A DNA stretch of 64,000 bases. Origin: Octopus sinensis. Taxonomy: Eukaryota. Each line of letters starts with the position of its first letter. Position 1 is the first letter of the stretch. The stretch covers positions 32,488,001 through 32,552,000 of the forward strand of contig NC_043014.1 in the NCBI RefSeq assembly GCF_006345805.1, read 5' to 3'. Position numbers and translations under genes: made by a program. Below the pieces are notes generated by a model. The model did not search any database. It saw only the letters and a list, made by a program, of their open reading frames with translations, and was not told the DNA's origin. Of this stretch, positions 27,301 to 39,190 are shown piece after piece.

Positions 27301-27727
27301 GTTCCAATCCCCTACTAACAGTAAAGGTCTAGACGTACCCAGGAAAACCTCTAGACGTCTGAAGAAATCCGCCCGACCCGTTAAGGACGGTGCATAAACT
27401 GCCATCAGACGGAATGCACACCCATTTCTGCCATCCACGTCCAAGACAACCAGCCTACCCCCGGGTCTAGGAATATTGCTCTTACTTTTACCTCTAGACT
27501 CTTTCGAAAAAGCACCGCAGTACCTCCACCACCCATGTTCGGCAGACAGGGAGAAAAATAAATGTCAAATTGATTGCCAAACATGGACTCGAGGGCCCGC
27601 GGCTTACTGAGTCTGGTTTCACTGATAGCTACTATATCCTGTCCAGTGACTTGATGTCGTTTAGAAGGTAACCTTGCTTCCAAGCCGACGCCAAGCCACA
27701 CGCATTCACACAACCTAATTTAAGCAT
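24304..27727 (-). pseudogene. Tx1 ORF2 (AP endonuclease + reverse transcriptase + C-terminal zinc-binding motif), several frameshifts
   Basis: EN motifs MLKLGCVNA, DIVAISETRL, LMAVYAP, LLLVGDWNATLD, SYLDRILCR, YTDHKFV, GPGYWKLNTSLL. RT motifs NFRPITLLNADLKILAK, LDQSKAFDRVDH, VRQGCPLSALLY, YADDVTV. C-terminal CPRCDQSDETVLHALVQC. Confidence 0.93.
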
Positions 27728-27793
27728 ACTTGACATTTACGAAAATTGTGTTTTACACACTATATTAGAAGAGACAAGAGGCAAGAAGTGAGG

Positions 27794-29661
27794 TCACTTA
27801 CTCATTTTAAAAGTTTCATTTTTTTCTTCTTCTCTTGTATCGTTTTTGATGAGGTGTTTGTATAGTTTTTTCGACAGGTATCGTTGATACCCGCCTACCG
27901 CATTCGGAAATAAGTTTTCAGTATGTGGTGTTGTGCTTGTGTTATGTGTAAAATTCTGATGTGTTTCGGTGGTGTGGTGTGCGGATGATTGTTTGTCTTA
28001 AAGTCATCTTCACAGACGACCATGTTAGATTTGATGTAGTCCATTAATTCTTTATTGTCTGTGTCTATTGCAGTTAGTTGTGTGTGTGGTTTTACGGGTT
28101 CATTACTTTTTTGATTGTCTAGGGGGATGTTGTCCTGAGTTAGATATCTCCCTGCTTTAATTCTTGTTTGGTGGATTTTTTGGATCTTTTTCTTTTACCC
28201 CCTGTGGCTATTTGCCATTCCGTCGAACTTTCGTCGTCCGATGTATCAGTATGGGGTAGAGGCAAAACATTTGCATTACTATGTATGCTTGTATAAATTG
28301 TTGATGTTTTGTGCGGTGTTTGTGTTGTTGTGGTGTTAGGGGTAGCATTTGTCTTCTCGTCAGTGTTTTCTGTCTTTTAATTGTCGTCCTGGGGTGGGGT
28401 GGGTCGATTTTTGTTAATTCAACAGGTTTAATTGGTTGTGAAGTCAACGGTGATTGTGTTGGTACTGTTTTTCTTGGTGATGTTGTTGGGGTTTGTCTGC
28501 TGGTTTGTTGTTTTCTTGGCGTGTTCCATAATTGAGTGTGTTGGTGTGGTGTTGGCAACAAGGGATTTTATTTGTTTTCTGAATTGTTCTTCTTGTTTTT
28601 CTGTACCAGATCGCACTTGGCAATCAAATGTTCGGGGCTGCCACATTTGTAGCATCTAGGCTTTTTGCCTTCTGCCATAACATATAGGCATTGCCCATTC
28701 TCCAAGTATATCTTGTCGGGTAGGCTCTCGATAGAGGCCCCCCCAATCTGGATGGTCACTACTACTGTTTTTCCACCCCAATTGTCGTTTAGGTACACGG
28801 CTGTTTCTAGAATATTGATCTTTTTCAAGTGGTAACAGATTGCCCCTGTTATCCATTTGTTCGGCATATCGGGGGGTACATTTCTGATAGTAATTCTACT
28901 CACCCTCTGGTTTTTATAATAAGGGACCATGATGATTTCATCATTTCCCAGAGACTCAGTAGAGTGAGCTTTTGCCACTTCCTGGTTAGGGAAGCGGACC
29001 ACTACTGTGTTAAACTGGGGACCCCAGTTTATATACTCTTTTTCTTTCATTATGTTTTTAAACATTTCTCCACATCAGTTTTTGTAATCTGTTCATTTGG
29101 TTTTTTGTTTTTTCTAATAATTTTATATACAATTGTCTTATTTTCAATTTCTTGTTTTATATGTTGAGGTGTATGCAGGACTAAATCTTGTCCACGGGTT
29201 GTAAAGAGAGCTCTTGTTTCTATGAGCTCTTCATTTGTGAATGTAACAATCTCCTTTTTCTGGCGAAGAATATCTGCGAAATTTACTGTTGTTGACTTTT
29301 TTGTATTGGCATCTTCACTATTAGATAGTTCATTTTTATTGTTGTTCTTGTTGTTGCTGTTGTTTTTGTCAATAGTTTTCGTTTCAGTTTTATTTTTATC
29401 ATTTATGTTGGTCGTGGTAGTGGTGGTGGTGGTGGAGGTGGTGGTGGTAGCAGTTGTTGTCTCGTGGTTGCTGTTGTTAGTGGTGGTGGTGGCGGTGGTG
29501 ACAGGGCAGTTAACGCACGTGGTTGCAGCGTTCATCTCACCGAATTTTACGTTGGCATTTTCCGTGCGAACGTTCTTTTTTTTCTCTGTCGTTTCCAGAC
29601 TAGGAAAATTTTGTTCCATAAAAGAACGCGACCAGCGTTCAACAATAAAATTTCTAGACAT
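27794..29661 (-). pseudogene. Tx1 ORF1 (gag-like nucleic-acid-binding protein), frameshifted
   Basis: ORF-track pieces 29050-29661, 28568-29065 and 28208-28561 abut through frameshifts. CX2CX4HX4C knuckle CYKCGSPEHLIAKC at 28613-28654. Thr/Asn-rich low-complexity N-terminus. The end coordinate (stop at 27794) is approximate. Confidence 0.8.
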
Positions 29662-29862
29662 TTTCTAATGTCGAGAAGAAAATAATAGAAATGAAATGGG
29701 GTCGAAACTGCCCCTAGGGGCGAATTCCTCCTTGGAAAAGCACTCAAATGAAAGTTGTTGCCTTACACACCTTATTTGCAAAAATCTACACAAAAATTGG
29801 CCTATAAATAGTCAAAATAAATGATTACCTTCGGAGGAGCTGAAACGACATCACATCCATCA

Positions 29863-30300
<438 letters not shown>

Positions 30301-30333
30301 ACATACATACATACATACATATATGTATATATA

Positions 30334-31614
30334 AGGCAGCTGCAGGAGAAATACCTAGCCAAAGATAAGCCCCTGTACCTGGCTTTCGTTGACATGGAGA
30401 AAGCTTTTGATAGGGTCCCCCGATCCCTTATCTGGTGGTCAATGAGGAAACTAGGGATAGATGAATGGCTGGTGAGGACTGTGCAAGCCATGTACAGAGA
30501 TGCCGTAAGTAAGGTTAGGGTTGGCAACATGTACACAGAAGAATTCAAAGTAGAGGTTGGGGTCCACCAGGGTTCAGTACTCAGCCCCCTCCTATTTATC
30601 ATAGTACTCCAGGCAATTACGGAGGAATTCAAGACAGGCTGTCCCTGGGAGCTCCTCTACGCTGACGACCTTGCTCTTATTGCTGAGTCACTATCAGAAC
30701 TGGAGGAGAAGTTCCAGGTGTGGAAGGAGGGTTTAGAATCAAGGGGCCTTAGAGTCAACCTAGCTAAAACCAAAGTACTAATAAGTAGAAAGGTAGACAA
30801 TCCACAAATATCTTCAGGAAGATGGCCCTGCTCGATCTGTAGAAAAGGTGTAGGTAGAAACTCTATAAGATGTACCCAGTGTAAGCTATGGACACATAAG
30901 AGGTGCAGCAATGTCAAAGGTAGGCTAACTGGGAAGATAGTTTTTGTATGTGGCAGATGCTCGGGAGCATTAACCTCCGAAAATCTGCAGAAAACAACTT
31001 CCGTCACTTTCCAGGGGGAAAAACTAGAAGTAGTTGATAGCTTCCGTTATCTAGGTGACCAAGTCAGTAGTGGGGGTGGGTGCGCTGAAAGTGTAACTGC
31101 TAGAATAAGAATAGCCTGGGCAAAGTTTAGGGAGCTCTTACCTCTGCTGGTGACTAAAGGCCTCTCGCTCAGAGTAAAAGGCAGACTGTATGATGCGTGT
31201 GTACGAACAGCCATGCTACATGGCAGCGAAACATGGGCTGTGACTGCTGAGGACATGCGTAAGCTCGTGAGGAATGAAGCCAGTATGCTCCGATGGATGT
31301 GTAATGTCAGTGTACATACTCGACAGAGCGTTAGCACCTTGAGAGAAATGTTGTACCTAAGAAGCATCAGTTGTGGTGTGCAAGAGAGACGATTGCGCTG
31401 GTATGGTCATGTGGCGAGAATGGATGAAGATAGGTGTGTGAGAAAGTGCCAATCCCTAGCAGTTGAGGGAACCCGTGGAAGAGGTAGACCCAGGAAAACC
31501 TGGGACGAGGTGGTGAAGCACGACCTTCGAACTTTAGGCCTCACTGAGGAAATGACCAGAGACCGAGACCTTTGGAAATATTCTGTACGTGAGAAGACCA
31601 GGCAGGACAAGTGA
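30334..31614 (+). CDS. RTE ORF, partial: RT domain + PHD-type C4HC3 finger + C-terminal domain (no start, 5'-truncated)
   Basis: Uninterrupted frame: RQLQEKY..FVDMEKAFDRVP, GVHQGSVLSPLLF, LLYADDL, GLRVNLAKTK, DSFRYLG, RLRWYGHVARM, RGRGRPRKTW. C4HC3 motif at 30829-30960. Confidence 0.9.
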   Translation, partial: RQLQEKYLAKDKPLYLAFVDMEKAFDRVPRSLIWWSMRKLGIDEWLVRTVQAMYRDAVSKVRVGNMYTEEFKVEVGVHQGSVLSPLLFIIVLQAITEEFKTGCPWELLYADDLALIAESLSELEEKFQVWKEGLESRGLRVNLAKTKVLISRKVDNPQISSGRWPCSICRKGVGRNSIRCTQCKLWTHKRCSNVKGRLTGKIVFVCGRCSGALTSENLQKTTSVTFQGEKLEVVDSFRYLGDQVSSGGGCAESVTARIRIAWAKFRELLPLLVTKGLSLRVKGRLYDACVRTAMLHGSETWAVTAEDMRKLVRNEASMLRWMCNVSVHTRQSVSTLREMLYLRSISCGVQERRLRWYGHVARMDEDRCVRKCQSLAVEGTRGRGRPRKTWDEVVKHDLRTLGLTEEMTRDRDLWKYSVREKTRQDK

Positions 31615-32434
31615 GCCCAGCCCACTTATGAATGCCTTTCCTCCCTTGGACACAAAGACCGGTTGAGGCAAGCGAAGTCGATATAGAACCTCATCCGACG
31701 ACAGACACCCATCCCAACCCCCCATGCTTGCGAAGACATGTTGGGGCAAGCGAAATCGAAATCGAAATCGAAACCGAATTGAACCAGCCAGGATCCCTGG
31801 CCTGGTGGTACGTAAAAAGCACTATCCGACTCGGGGCCGTGGCACGTAAAATACTCCAATGCGACCGTACGACAGGCACCCATGCCAACCCCCTTTGCTT
31901 GTGAAGACATGTTGGGGCAAGCGAAATCGAAATCGAATTGAACCAGCCAGGATCCCTGGTCTGGTGGTACGTAAAAAGCACTATCCGACTCGTGGCCGTG
32001 GCACGTAAAATACTCCAATGCGACCGTACGACAGGCACCCTTGCCAACCCCCTTTGCTTGTGAAGACATGTTGGGGCAAGCGAAATCGAAATCGAATTGA
32101 ACCAGCCAGGATCCCTGGTCTGGTGGTACGTAAAAAGCACTATCCGACTCGTGGCCGATGCCAGCACCGCCTCGACTGGCTTCCGTGCCGGTGGCACATA
32201 AAATACACCAATCTGACCGTGGCCGTTGCCAGCCCCGCCTGGCACCTGTGCAGGTGGCACGTAAAAAGCACCCACTACACTCACGGAGTGGTTGGCGTTA
32301 GGAAGGGCATCCAGCTGTAGAAACATTGCCAAATTAGACTGGAGCCTGGTGCAGCCTTCTGGCTTCCCAGAACCCCGGTCGAACCGTCCAACCCATGCTA
32401 GCATGGAGAACGGACGTTAAACGACGATGATGAT
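30334..32434 (+). mobile_element. 5'-truncated RTE-clade LINE, young copy with ~820-bp 3' UTR and (GAT)n tail
   Basis: Open RT ORF followed by a 3' UTR with ~160-bp tandem units, ending ...catggagaacggacgttaaacgacgatgatgat. Confidence 0.93.
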
Positions 32435-33091
32435 ACACACATATATATATACCTGTGTGTATATGAAACATACATATACATATGTGTGTCTACACATACA
32501 TACACATATGCACATGTACTTAAATAAGGACATGTGCATAAACTCTCACGTTTCGCAGTGGAGTTTATTGTTCATTATGAAGAGCTCCAATAACTAAAGT
32601 AATTTGAATTTTCTATTTTCACAACAATGTTGAAACTTTGTATTTTGTTTAGCTGATCCACTTGCATTCTCCTGTCCATTGATATACTTAGCATTCCCGA
32701 ACCACTTACATTCATACGACAGAGCTGATATCTGTCTTCTCACTGAATAATATTTCCAAAATAACTCTCGGCTTCCTCTGACTCTGTTATTATCATTATA
32801 AAAACTCAAGGAGTGACCACTGCGACTTCATAAATTCCTGCACTTCATGCACAATTCTTTGTGATTGTGTCATTGTGTTTGTATCACTTTTACTTTGACT
32901 AATTAATGTTACTACCTTGTATTGTGCTCTCACCATAGAAGTGTCCTCATTAGCATACTCCAATCATTTATTTCTTTATTATGCTTCCTCACATCTTTCT
33001 GAGGTTTTCTCTCTTTTTTTTTTTGTAGCATATTTGTTTATCTTAGCTGCTTTTTCTTTTCAATACTTTTTATCCATAATGTCTGCGTATA

Positions 33092-33278
33092 CAGGATGGC
33101 CCAAAAGTAGGTTTACAGTTATCACATAGGCACTTTAAATTTCTTTTAAAACATTTTAGTACATTTAGATTTCTATCTTACAATTAACTAAATTAGCATA
33201 GAATAATGCTCTGACTGTTAATATATGAATACAAAAAATATAGTTAAATAACTATAAACCTACTTTTGGGCCACCCTA
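33092..33278. mobile_element. 187-bp Tc1/mariner-type MITE
   Basis: TIRs caggatggcccaaaagtaggtttacagttat / ataactataaacctacttttgggccacccta. TA flanks. Confidence 0.85.
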
Positions 33279-33289
33279 TATCATCATCA

Positions 33290-33780
33290 TCGTCATCATC
33301 ATCGTTTAACGTCCGCTTTCCATGCTGGCATGGGTTGGACAATTTGATTGAGGCCTGGCAAACCAGATGACTGCACCAAGCTCCAATCTTGATCTGGCAG
33401 AGTTTCTACAGCTGGATGCCCTTCCTAACACCAACCACTCCGAGAGTGTAGTGGATGCTTTTACTTGCCTCTGGCATGAGGACCAGTCATGCAGTACTGG
33501 CAACAGCCACGCTCAATTGATGTTTTTTACATGCCACCTGTACAGGAGACAGTCTAGCAGTACTGGCAATGACCTCGTTCGAATGTTTTTTCATGTGCCA
33601 CCAGCACAAGTGCCAGTAAGATGACACTGGTAATGATCACGCTCAAATGGCGCTTTTTATGTGCCACCAGCATGGAAGCCAGTTAGCTGCTCTGGCAACA
33701 ATCACACTCGGATGGTGCTCTTAGCGCTCCACTAGCATGGATGCCAGTCATCGAATTTGATTTCAATATCATCGAATTTG
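33290..33780 (-). mobile_element. RTE-tail-related repeat (SINE or short RTE 3' end)
   Basis: catcatcgtttaacgtccgctttccatgctggcatgggttgg end shared with RTE. Related pieces at ~400-610, 5880-6080, 49030-49240, 60200-60390 and 61710-61940. Confidence 0.75.
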
Positions 33781-33788
33781 CTTTCGAT

Positions 33789-33837
<49 letters not shown>

Positions 33838-34953
33838 ATACTCACACACAAAAATAAAGGTTATCTGGTAACACACTTTAGGCTAATACTAAAATATGAT
33901 TAACTGTAGCAGTTAATGTTATATAGTTTGGCATATTAAAATTCTTTACTCTCTCTCTCTCTCCTGTGATCCTGATATATATATACATAGGCATACCTCA
34001 ACTTATATAATTTTGAGTTAAATATTTTTGACTTTACATCGTTTTTTTAAAGAAATTAATGGAAAAAAATATATCTCAACTTCAGTTGATTTATCTGACT
34101 CTACATTAGTCTCACCAAACATATTCAAAAGTATGAAAATTTATAAAAACACCTAAAAACCAATACAGATGTAGAAAATCGAATGAAATATATGTGAAAA
34201 TATGTTCTTAAAACAGTTTTAGCTAATAAATTTTTTAACATGTTTTTCATGTTACATCATTTTTTAAAATTAAGTCACGTGTTTTGCAAACAGTTACCAA
34301 CATTGGTTGAGATATTCCTGCAATCGAACATCATGCATGTAAAGTGCAATATCAAGAAATCCAGCCAAACTAGCCGCATTAAATTAGTTTTGCACATACA
34401 AAATTTCATGGCCTCTTGGTTGGTTGTGCTGTAACAACTATTTACAAGAAGAGTAAATAAAATATCATAATTGGAAAAGATTTATTCAGATATAGTTAAT
34501 CCAGTTACACTTGTTTCATCAGAAACTTACAGAAGTAGAATGCTATTAAATTATCAAATTATACTGAAAATTTAAAGAAAGAAGACTGAATCCCATGTCT
34601 ACTTGTTGGGGATTCGATTGAAATTTTTGGATATTTAGCACATTTTCTTTTGCTATGTTACCGAAGAGTTTATTCTCAAAATGTCAAATACACTTTCACT
34701 TTCTTAATCTTTCATTAAGTATTAAACTTAAAATTACCTTTTGTTTTCCTTTTATCTATGTCATTATTTTTCAACGTAAATTTTAACCACAGGTGTAAAT
34801 ATATGTGTATGTGTGTGTATGTATATGTATGCATGAGTATATGTATAAGTGCATTTGCATTTCCCACAACATTTGCATTAAAATAATTATCAGTGCAAAA
34901 TTTATAATGTATACACAAATGTAGAACAGTACTACTATAATATTTTGTTTCAT

Positions 34954-35025
<72 letters not shown>

Positions 35026-35047
35026 AAAAAATATATATATATATATA

Positions 35048-35950
35048 CTAGCAGACAGACCGCCCTCTGGGTAATTTTTTGCTAGCCCCTTGACAATATT
35101 TGATTCCCAATTGATTCCTAATTCTAATAATTTTATATTTTACATCTAATTATTTCTTTGTATAACAGTGCTCATTTACTTAGTAAATATTGCTTTCATT
35201 ATTTTATCACAGTCATAATCTCTCTTTTTTAAACAAACATCACGGTAGTCCAGCAACAGAGGGAGAAGCAGTTTGTCAAGTTTTACCTTCCCCCCAAAGC
35301 AATATAGAGATTTCAATTCAGCAGCCCATCTATAAGCTTTGCAGTGTGAGAGAGAGAAAGAACATTGCAAACAATGAATGAGATAAACATGAAATGAAAA
35401 ACTCCTATAAATAAAAGGGCATTACTACAGATGTATACGCTCCCGACTTTGTTGCCTCATAACATCCAGAAAAATTTATACTTTTTAACAAAATTTTCTC
35501 CAAATATCGCTTAGATGTTGTGGCTTCAGAGTATATAGGGATTTATAGGAAAGAATTTTTCCGAGGGTGGAGAGAGGAGACCCGGAAAATTCACATGATC
35601 TGACTTTTTCCCCTCATAACTTTCAGGAAGATGAGTATCTTTTAATGAAAAGTTATAAAAATCACTTTCAAACAACATAGATTACGATTGTGAAGAAATT
35701 TATGGGGAAACTTTTTTCGGGGTTTTTCCCCATTTTTTTAAAGCCACAGTCTTCGAAATGATGGGGTTGGGGAGGACATTTTTTACACTCCGCCTCCCTA
35801 ATCATCCCACTCCGGATCTATTTTGGCCAATATTTTTGCACTTGAAAACCATGGGAAGAGCAATTTTGATTAAAAAAAAAATGCTTTAATTGTTAATGTT
35901 TTCAGAGGGAAAAGTGAGTGATTTAAGGGTGAGTTGGCTGTTGTTTCTGG
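35048..35950 (-). mobile_element. Possible Helitron-like element (3' end at 35048)
   Basis: Minus-strand end ...ggtctgtctgCTAG|T resembles the ctgCTAGT ends of the two elements above. 5' boundary not determined. Confidence 0.35.
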
Positions 35951-36014
35951 TACATCCAAATACAACCCTTCTCGTTTCTTGCATGTATTGATATCTTTAC
36001 CTGTAAATACATTT

Positions 36015-36790
36015 ATCATCATCATCATCATCATCATCGTTTAACGTCCGTTCTCCATGCTAGCATGGGTTGGACGGTTCGACCGGGGATCTGGGAAGCC
36101 AGAAGGCTGCACCAGGCTCCAGTCTAATCTGGCAATGTTTCTACAGCTGGATGCCCTTCCTAACGCCAACCACTCCGTGAGAGTAGTGGGTGCTTTTTAC
36201 GTGCCACCTGCACAGGTGCCAGGTGGGGCTGGCAACGGCCACGGTCGGATTGGTGTATTTTATGTGCCACCGGCACGGAAGCCAGTCGAGGCGGTGCTGG
36301 CATCGGCCACGAGTCGGATAGTGCTTTTTACGTACCACCAGACCAGAGATCCTGGCTGGTTCAATTCGATTTCGCTTGCCCCAACATGTCTTCACAAGCA
36401 AAGGGGGTTGGCATGGGTGCCTGTCGTACGGTCGGATTGGAGTATTTTACGTGCCACTGGCACGGAAACCAGTCGAAGCGGCGCTGGCATCGGCCACGAG
36501 TCGGATAGTGCTTTTTACGTACCACCAGACCAGGGATCCTGGCTGGTTCAATTCGGTTTCGATTTCGATTTCGCTTGCCCCAACATGTCTTCGCAAGCAG
36601 AGGGGGTTGGCATGGGTGCCTGTCGTCGGATGAGGTTCTATATCGACTTCGCTTGCCTCAACAGGTCTTTGTGTCCAAGGGAGGAAAGGCATTCATAAGT
36701 GGGCTGGGCTCACTTGTCCTGCCTGGTCTTCTCACGTACAGAATATTTCCAAAGGTCTCGGTCGCTGGTCACTTCCTCAGTGAGGCCTAA
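36015..36790 (-). mobile_element. 3' fragment (end of ORF + 3' UTR + tail) of the same young RTE family, inverted relative to 30334-32434
   Basis: Nearly identical by eye to the reverse complement of ~31545-32434, with fewer tandem units. (ATC)n tail at the left end. Confidence 0.92.
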
Positions 36791-37042
36791 CAAAAAAGAA
36801 AATTGTGAAATTATGAATTTTTTGCAACCCCACTCCCTGCCCCCAATTGTTTCTGTTTAGAAATTAAAATATTGGAGAGCCTGAGAAGGTCATTGCTGGC
36901 ATTTATCCACAGTGATTTTAAAAATTACGGAGATGTACTTGCTTAGCAAGTGACTTGATCTGAGATCACGTGCTGAAACAAAAATAACTTCAGCGTAGAT
37001 ACTTGTAGGCCATTCAAGGACACACAAAAGACCGTTAGTTTC

Positions 37043-37250
37043 ACGGCACTACTTAAATACAGAGGTCCCGATGCATCTACGTAACGATATGAAGAGGAGT
37101 GTTAGTTCTTTGGGTTAGAATTAGTTTTAGGGTTTGTTAGGGTTAGGGTAAGGTCTAGGGTGTTATTACAAGTCCACCCAGCGTACTTTTAAAATATTTT
37201 GTATGTAGCACTTGTATTTAAACAGTACCTCTGTATTTAAGTAATACCGT
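37043..37250. mobile_element. ~208-bp MITE with an internal TTAGGG-like tract
   Basis: TIRs acggcactacttaaatacagagg / cctctgtatttaagtaataccgt. ttagggttagggtaagg inside. Confidence 0.7.
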
Positions 37251-37549
37251 TAAGGAACGTCTGTATTTAAGTATTACCAGTCTCACTTCAGCATTAAAAT
37301 TTCTTTTGTGTCAAAATATTTTCGTCGCTTTGAAACCGCGACCTATTCACTGCCAAAACTTCACAAAAGTGATGCAGCACGAAGTTTTGTCAGTGAGCAC
37401 ACACACACACACACACACACATTCATTTCCTTTCATCTGTGTATGTGTATGTATGTGTGTACGCGTCACTGTTGAAGTCGCTTGTGCAACTTGTTTGTGT
37501 ATATATTTTTCTACTCATGGAACAAGGCCCGAAACTTTGGGGGAGGGGA

Positions 37550-37890
37550 CCAGTCGATTAGATCGACCCCAGTATGCAACTGATACTTAATTTATCGAAC
37601 CCGAAAGGATGAAAGGCAAAGTCGACCTCGGCGGAATTTGAACTCATAATATAGACAGACGAAATACCTATTTCTTTACTACCCACAAGGGGCTAAACAC
37701 AGATGGGATAAACAAGGACAGGCAAACGGATTAAGTCGATTATATCGACGCCAGTGTGTAACTGGTACTTATTTAATCGACCCCGAAAAGATGAATTTGA
37801 ATGCCGGAATTTGAACTCAGAACGAAGCAGCAGACGAAATACCGCTAGGCATTTCGCCCGTTGTGCTAACGTTTCTGCCAGCTCACCGCC
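37550..37890 (-). mobile_element. SINE family B, dimer-like/nested
   Basis: The gaatttgaactc B-box segment and body occur twice. Confidence 0.75.
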
Positions 37891-38361
37891 TTTTTGTATA
37901 CATTGGCTTAGTGGTATAGAATGTTTGGAAACCGTGAATAAGGTGCAAGTTTCAAGTACTTGTTGGTAAATTTTTCTCCTCGTCTTCTAATAGTAATTAT
38001 CTAAGTTTCTATGCTTTTCTCACAGCTATCCTGATTTCAAAAATTATACGGGTATTTTAAAAATTTTCATTCAATAAATAATGTTTTTACATTATGTATA
38101 CTTTAATAGAATAAACTATCGGTTTTCCAAATAGCGAATTAAAACTTAAAAGAGAAAGTGAGAAACTTTGAAAATGAAAATGGAATATTCAGCAGTGAAT
38201 GCAATGAATATTTAAATCTGTGAAGAATTGGATGCAGTGAATACAATGAATATTTAAATTTGTGAGAAATTGGAGTTAAAAAAATTCAATAAACTTGAGA
38301 AATCGAAATTATAGGAAATTTCTTAGAACATGAATTTACGAAAATATTTCCAGATGGTCAA

Positions 38362-38908
38362 TCCTACTACATATGTGAGAGATTCTGTCTGTAGGTGTGT
38401 TTGTTTGTGGAGTTGTTAGCGAACTCCTCCTACATCGTTTTATCGATTTTGATGAAACTTGACACGTGAATAGAACTCATGTCTGGAAACCTCATGGCAT
38501 ACTCAGAATGTTGAAAAAGATCGATAATTACAAATCAGCAGCCAATTGAAAAACCCAATAGGAGTTTTGAATGGGAATTTCCATAAAGAAGATAATTTTT
38601 TTGCAATAACTTTTGCATTTCTCAACGGATTCACTTTAAATTTGAGATATACAGGTGGAAAATGTTAACGAGGATTAAGGAAAAATATTTTACTTAGGCT
38701 GTAAGGGGAGGACAAAAAGCTGCATAAAAACGATTTTTTTCAATTTGATTGCAACTTTTTATTTGCTCAATAACTTTTGCATTTAACATCTGATTCGCTT
38801 CAAATTTCATTTGCAGATAGATTAAGTGCAAATGAGTGTATGAGATAAAAAGTTTTTTCCACAACCATTTCATTGCCTCTGTTCTCCTTCAACTATTTCG
38901 TCACCATG

Positions 38909-38943
<35 letters not shown>

Positions 38944-39190
38944 ATCTGTCTGTCTGTACTCCCACTATCACTTAACAACCGATGTTGCTCTGTTTACGTC
39001 CCTGTAACTTAACCATATAGAAAAGCACACCGATAGAATAAATATTAGACTTACAAAGAATAAATCCTGGTGTCAATTTTTTCGGCTAAAATTGGTGCTC
39101 TAGCATGGCCGCAGTCACATGGCCGAAACAATTAAAACAATAAAAAGCTATGCCATTTTAACCCCAAGCAGCACCGGGTATCTCTGCTAG
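38362..39190 (+). mobile_element. Non-autonomous Helitron-like element carrying a nested SINE half
   Basis: A|TC start, 3' cccaagcagcaccggg..ctgCTAG|T. Shares tgatgaaacttgacac with the 9300 element. SINE piece at ~38915-39150. Confidence 0.7.

Larger units (their letters stand above)
24001..29862 (-). mobile_element. Near-full-length Tx1-clade (L1 group) non-LTR retrotransposon, ~5.9 kb, inserted in a (GATA)n array
   Basis: ORF1 with CCHC knuckle, then ORF2 with AP endonuclease, RT and C-terminal Cys/His motif in canonical order. AATAAA-like signal (caataaaaagtt) at the 3' end. (GATA)n on both sides (23823-24000, 29863-30300). Confidence 0.95.

Noticed and set aside
24700-27500. GC-rich island as horizontal transfer or bacterial contamination
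   Set aside because: It is fully explained as Tx1 ORF2, and it is embedded in host-type microsatellites and SINEs.
31700-32200. CRISPR-like repeat array
   Set aside because: The units are ~160-bp tandem copies without unique spacers, inside a LINE 3' UTR in a eukaryotic context.
32594-32809. 71-aa minus-strand ORF with an internal GTAAGT donor
   Set aside because: No recognisable domain; the length is expected by chance.
34280-34420. Possible exon on the minus strand (LAGFLDIALYMHDVRLQEYLNQC before a gtaact donor)
   Set aside because: No polypyrimidine acceptor and no recognisable homology; cannot be supported without expression data.
37125-37160. Telomere or chromosome-fusion relic
   Set aside because: Only 2-3 imperfect TTAGGG units, located inside a MITE.
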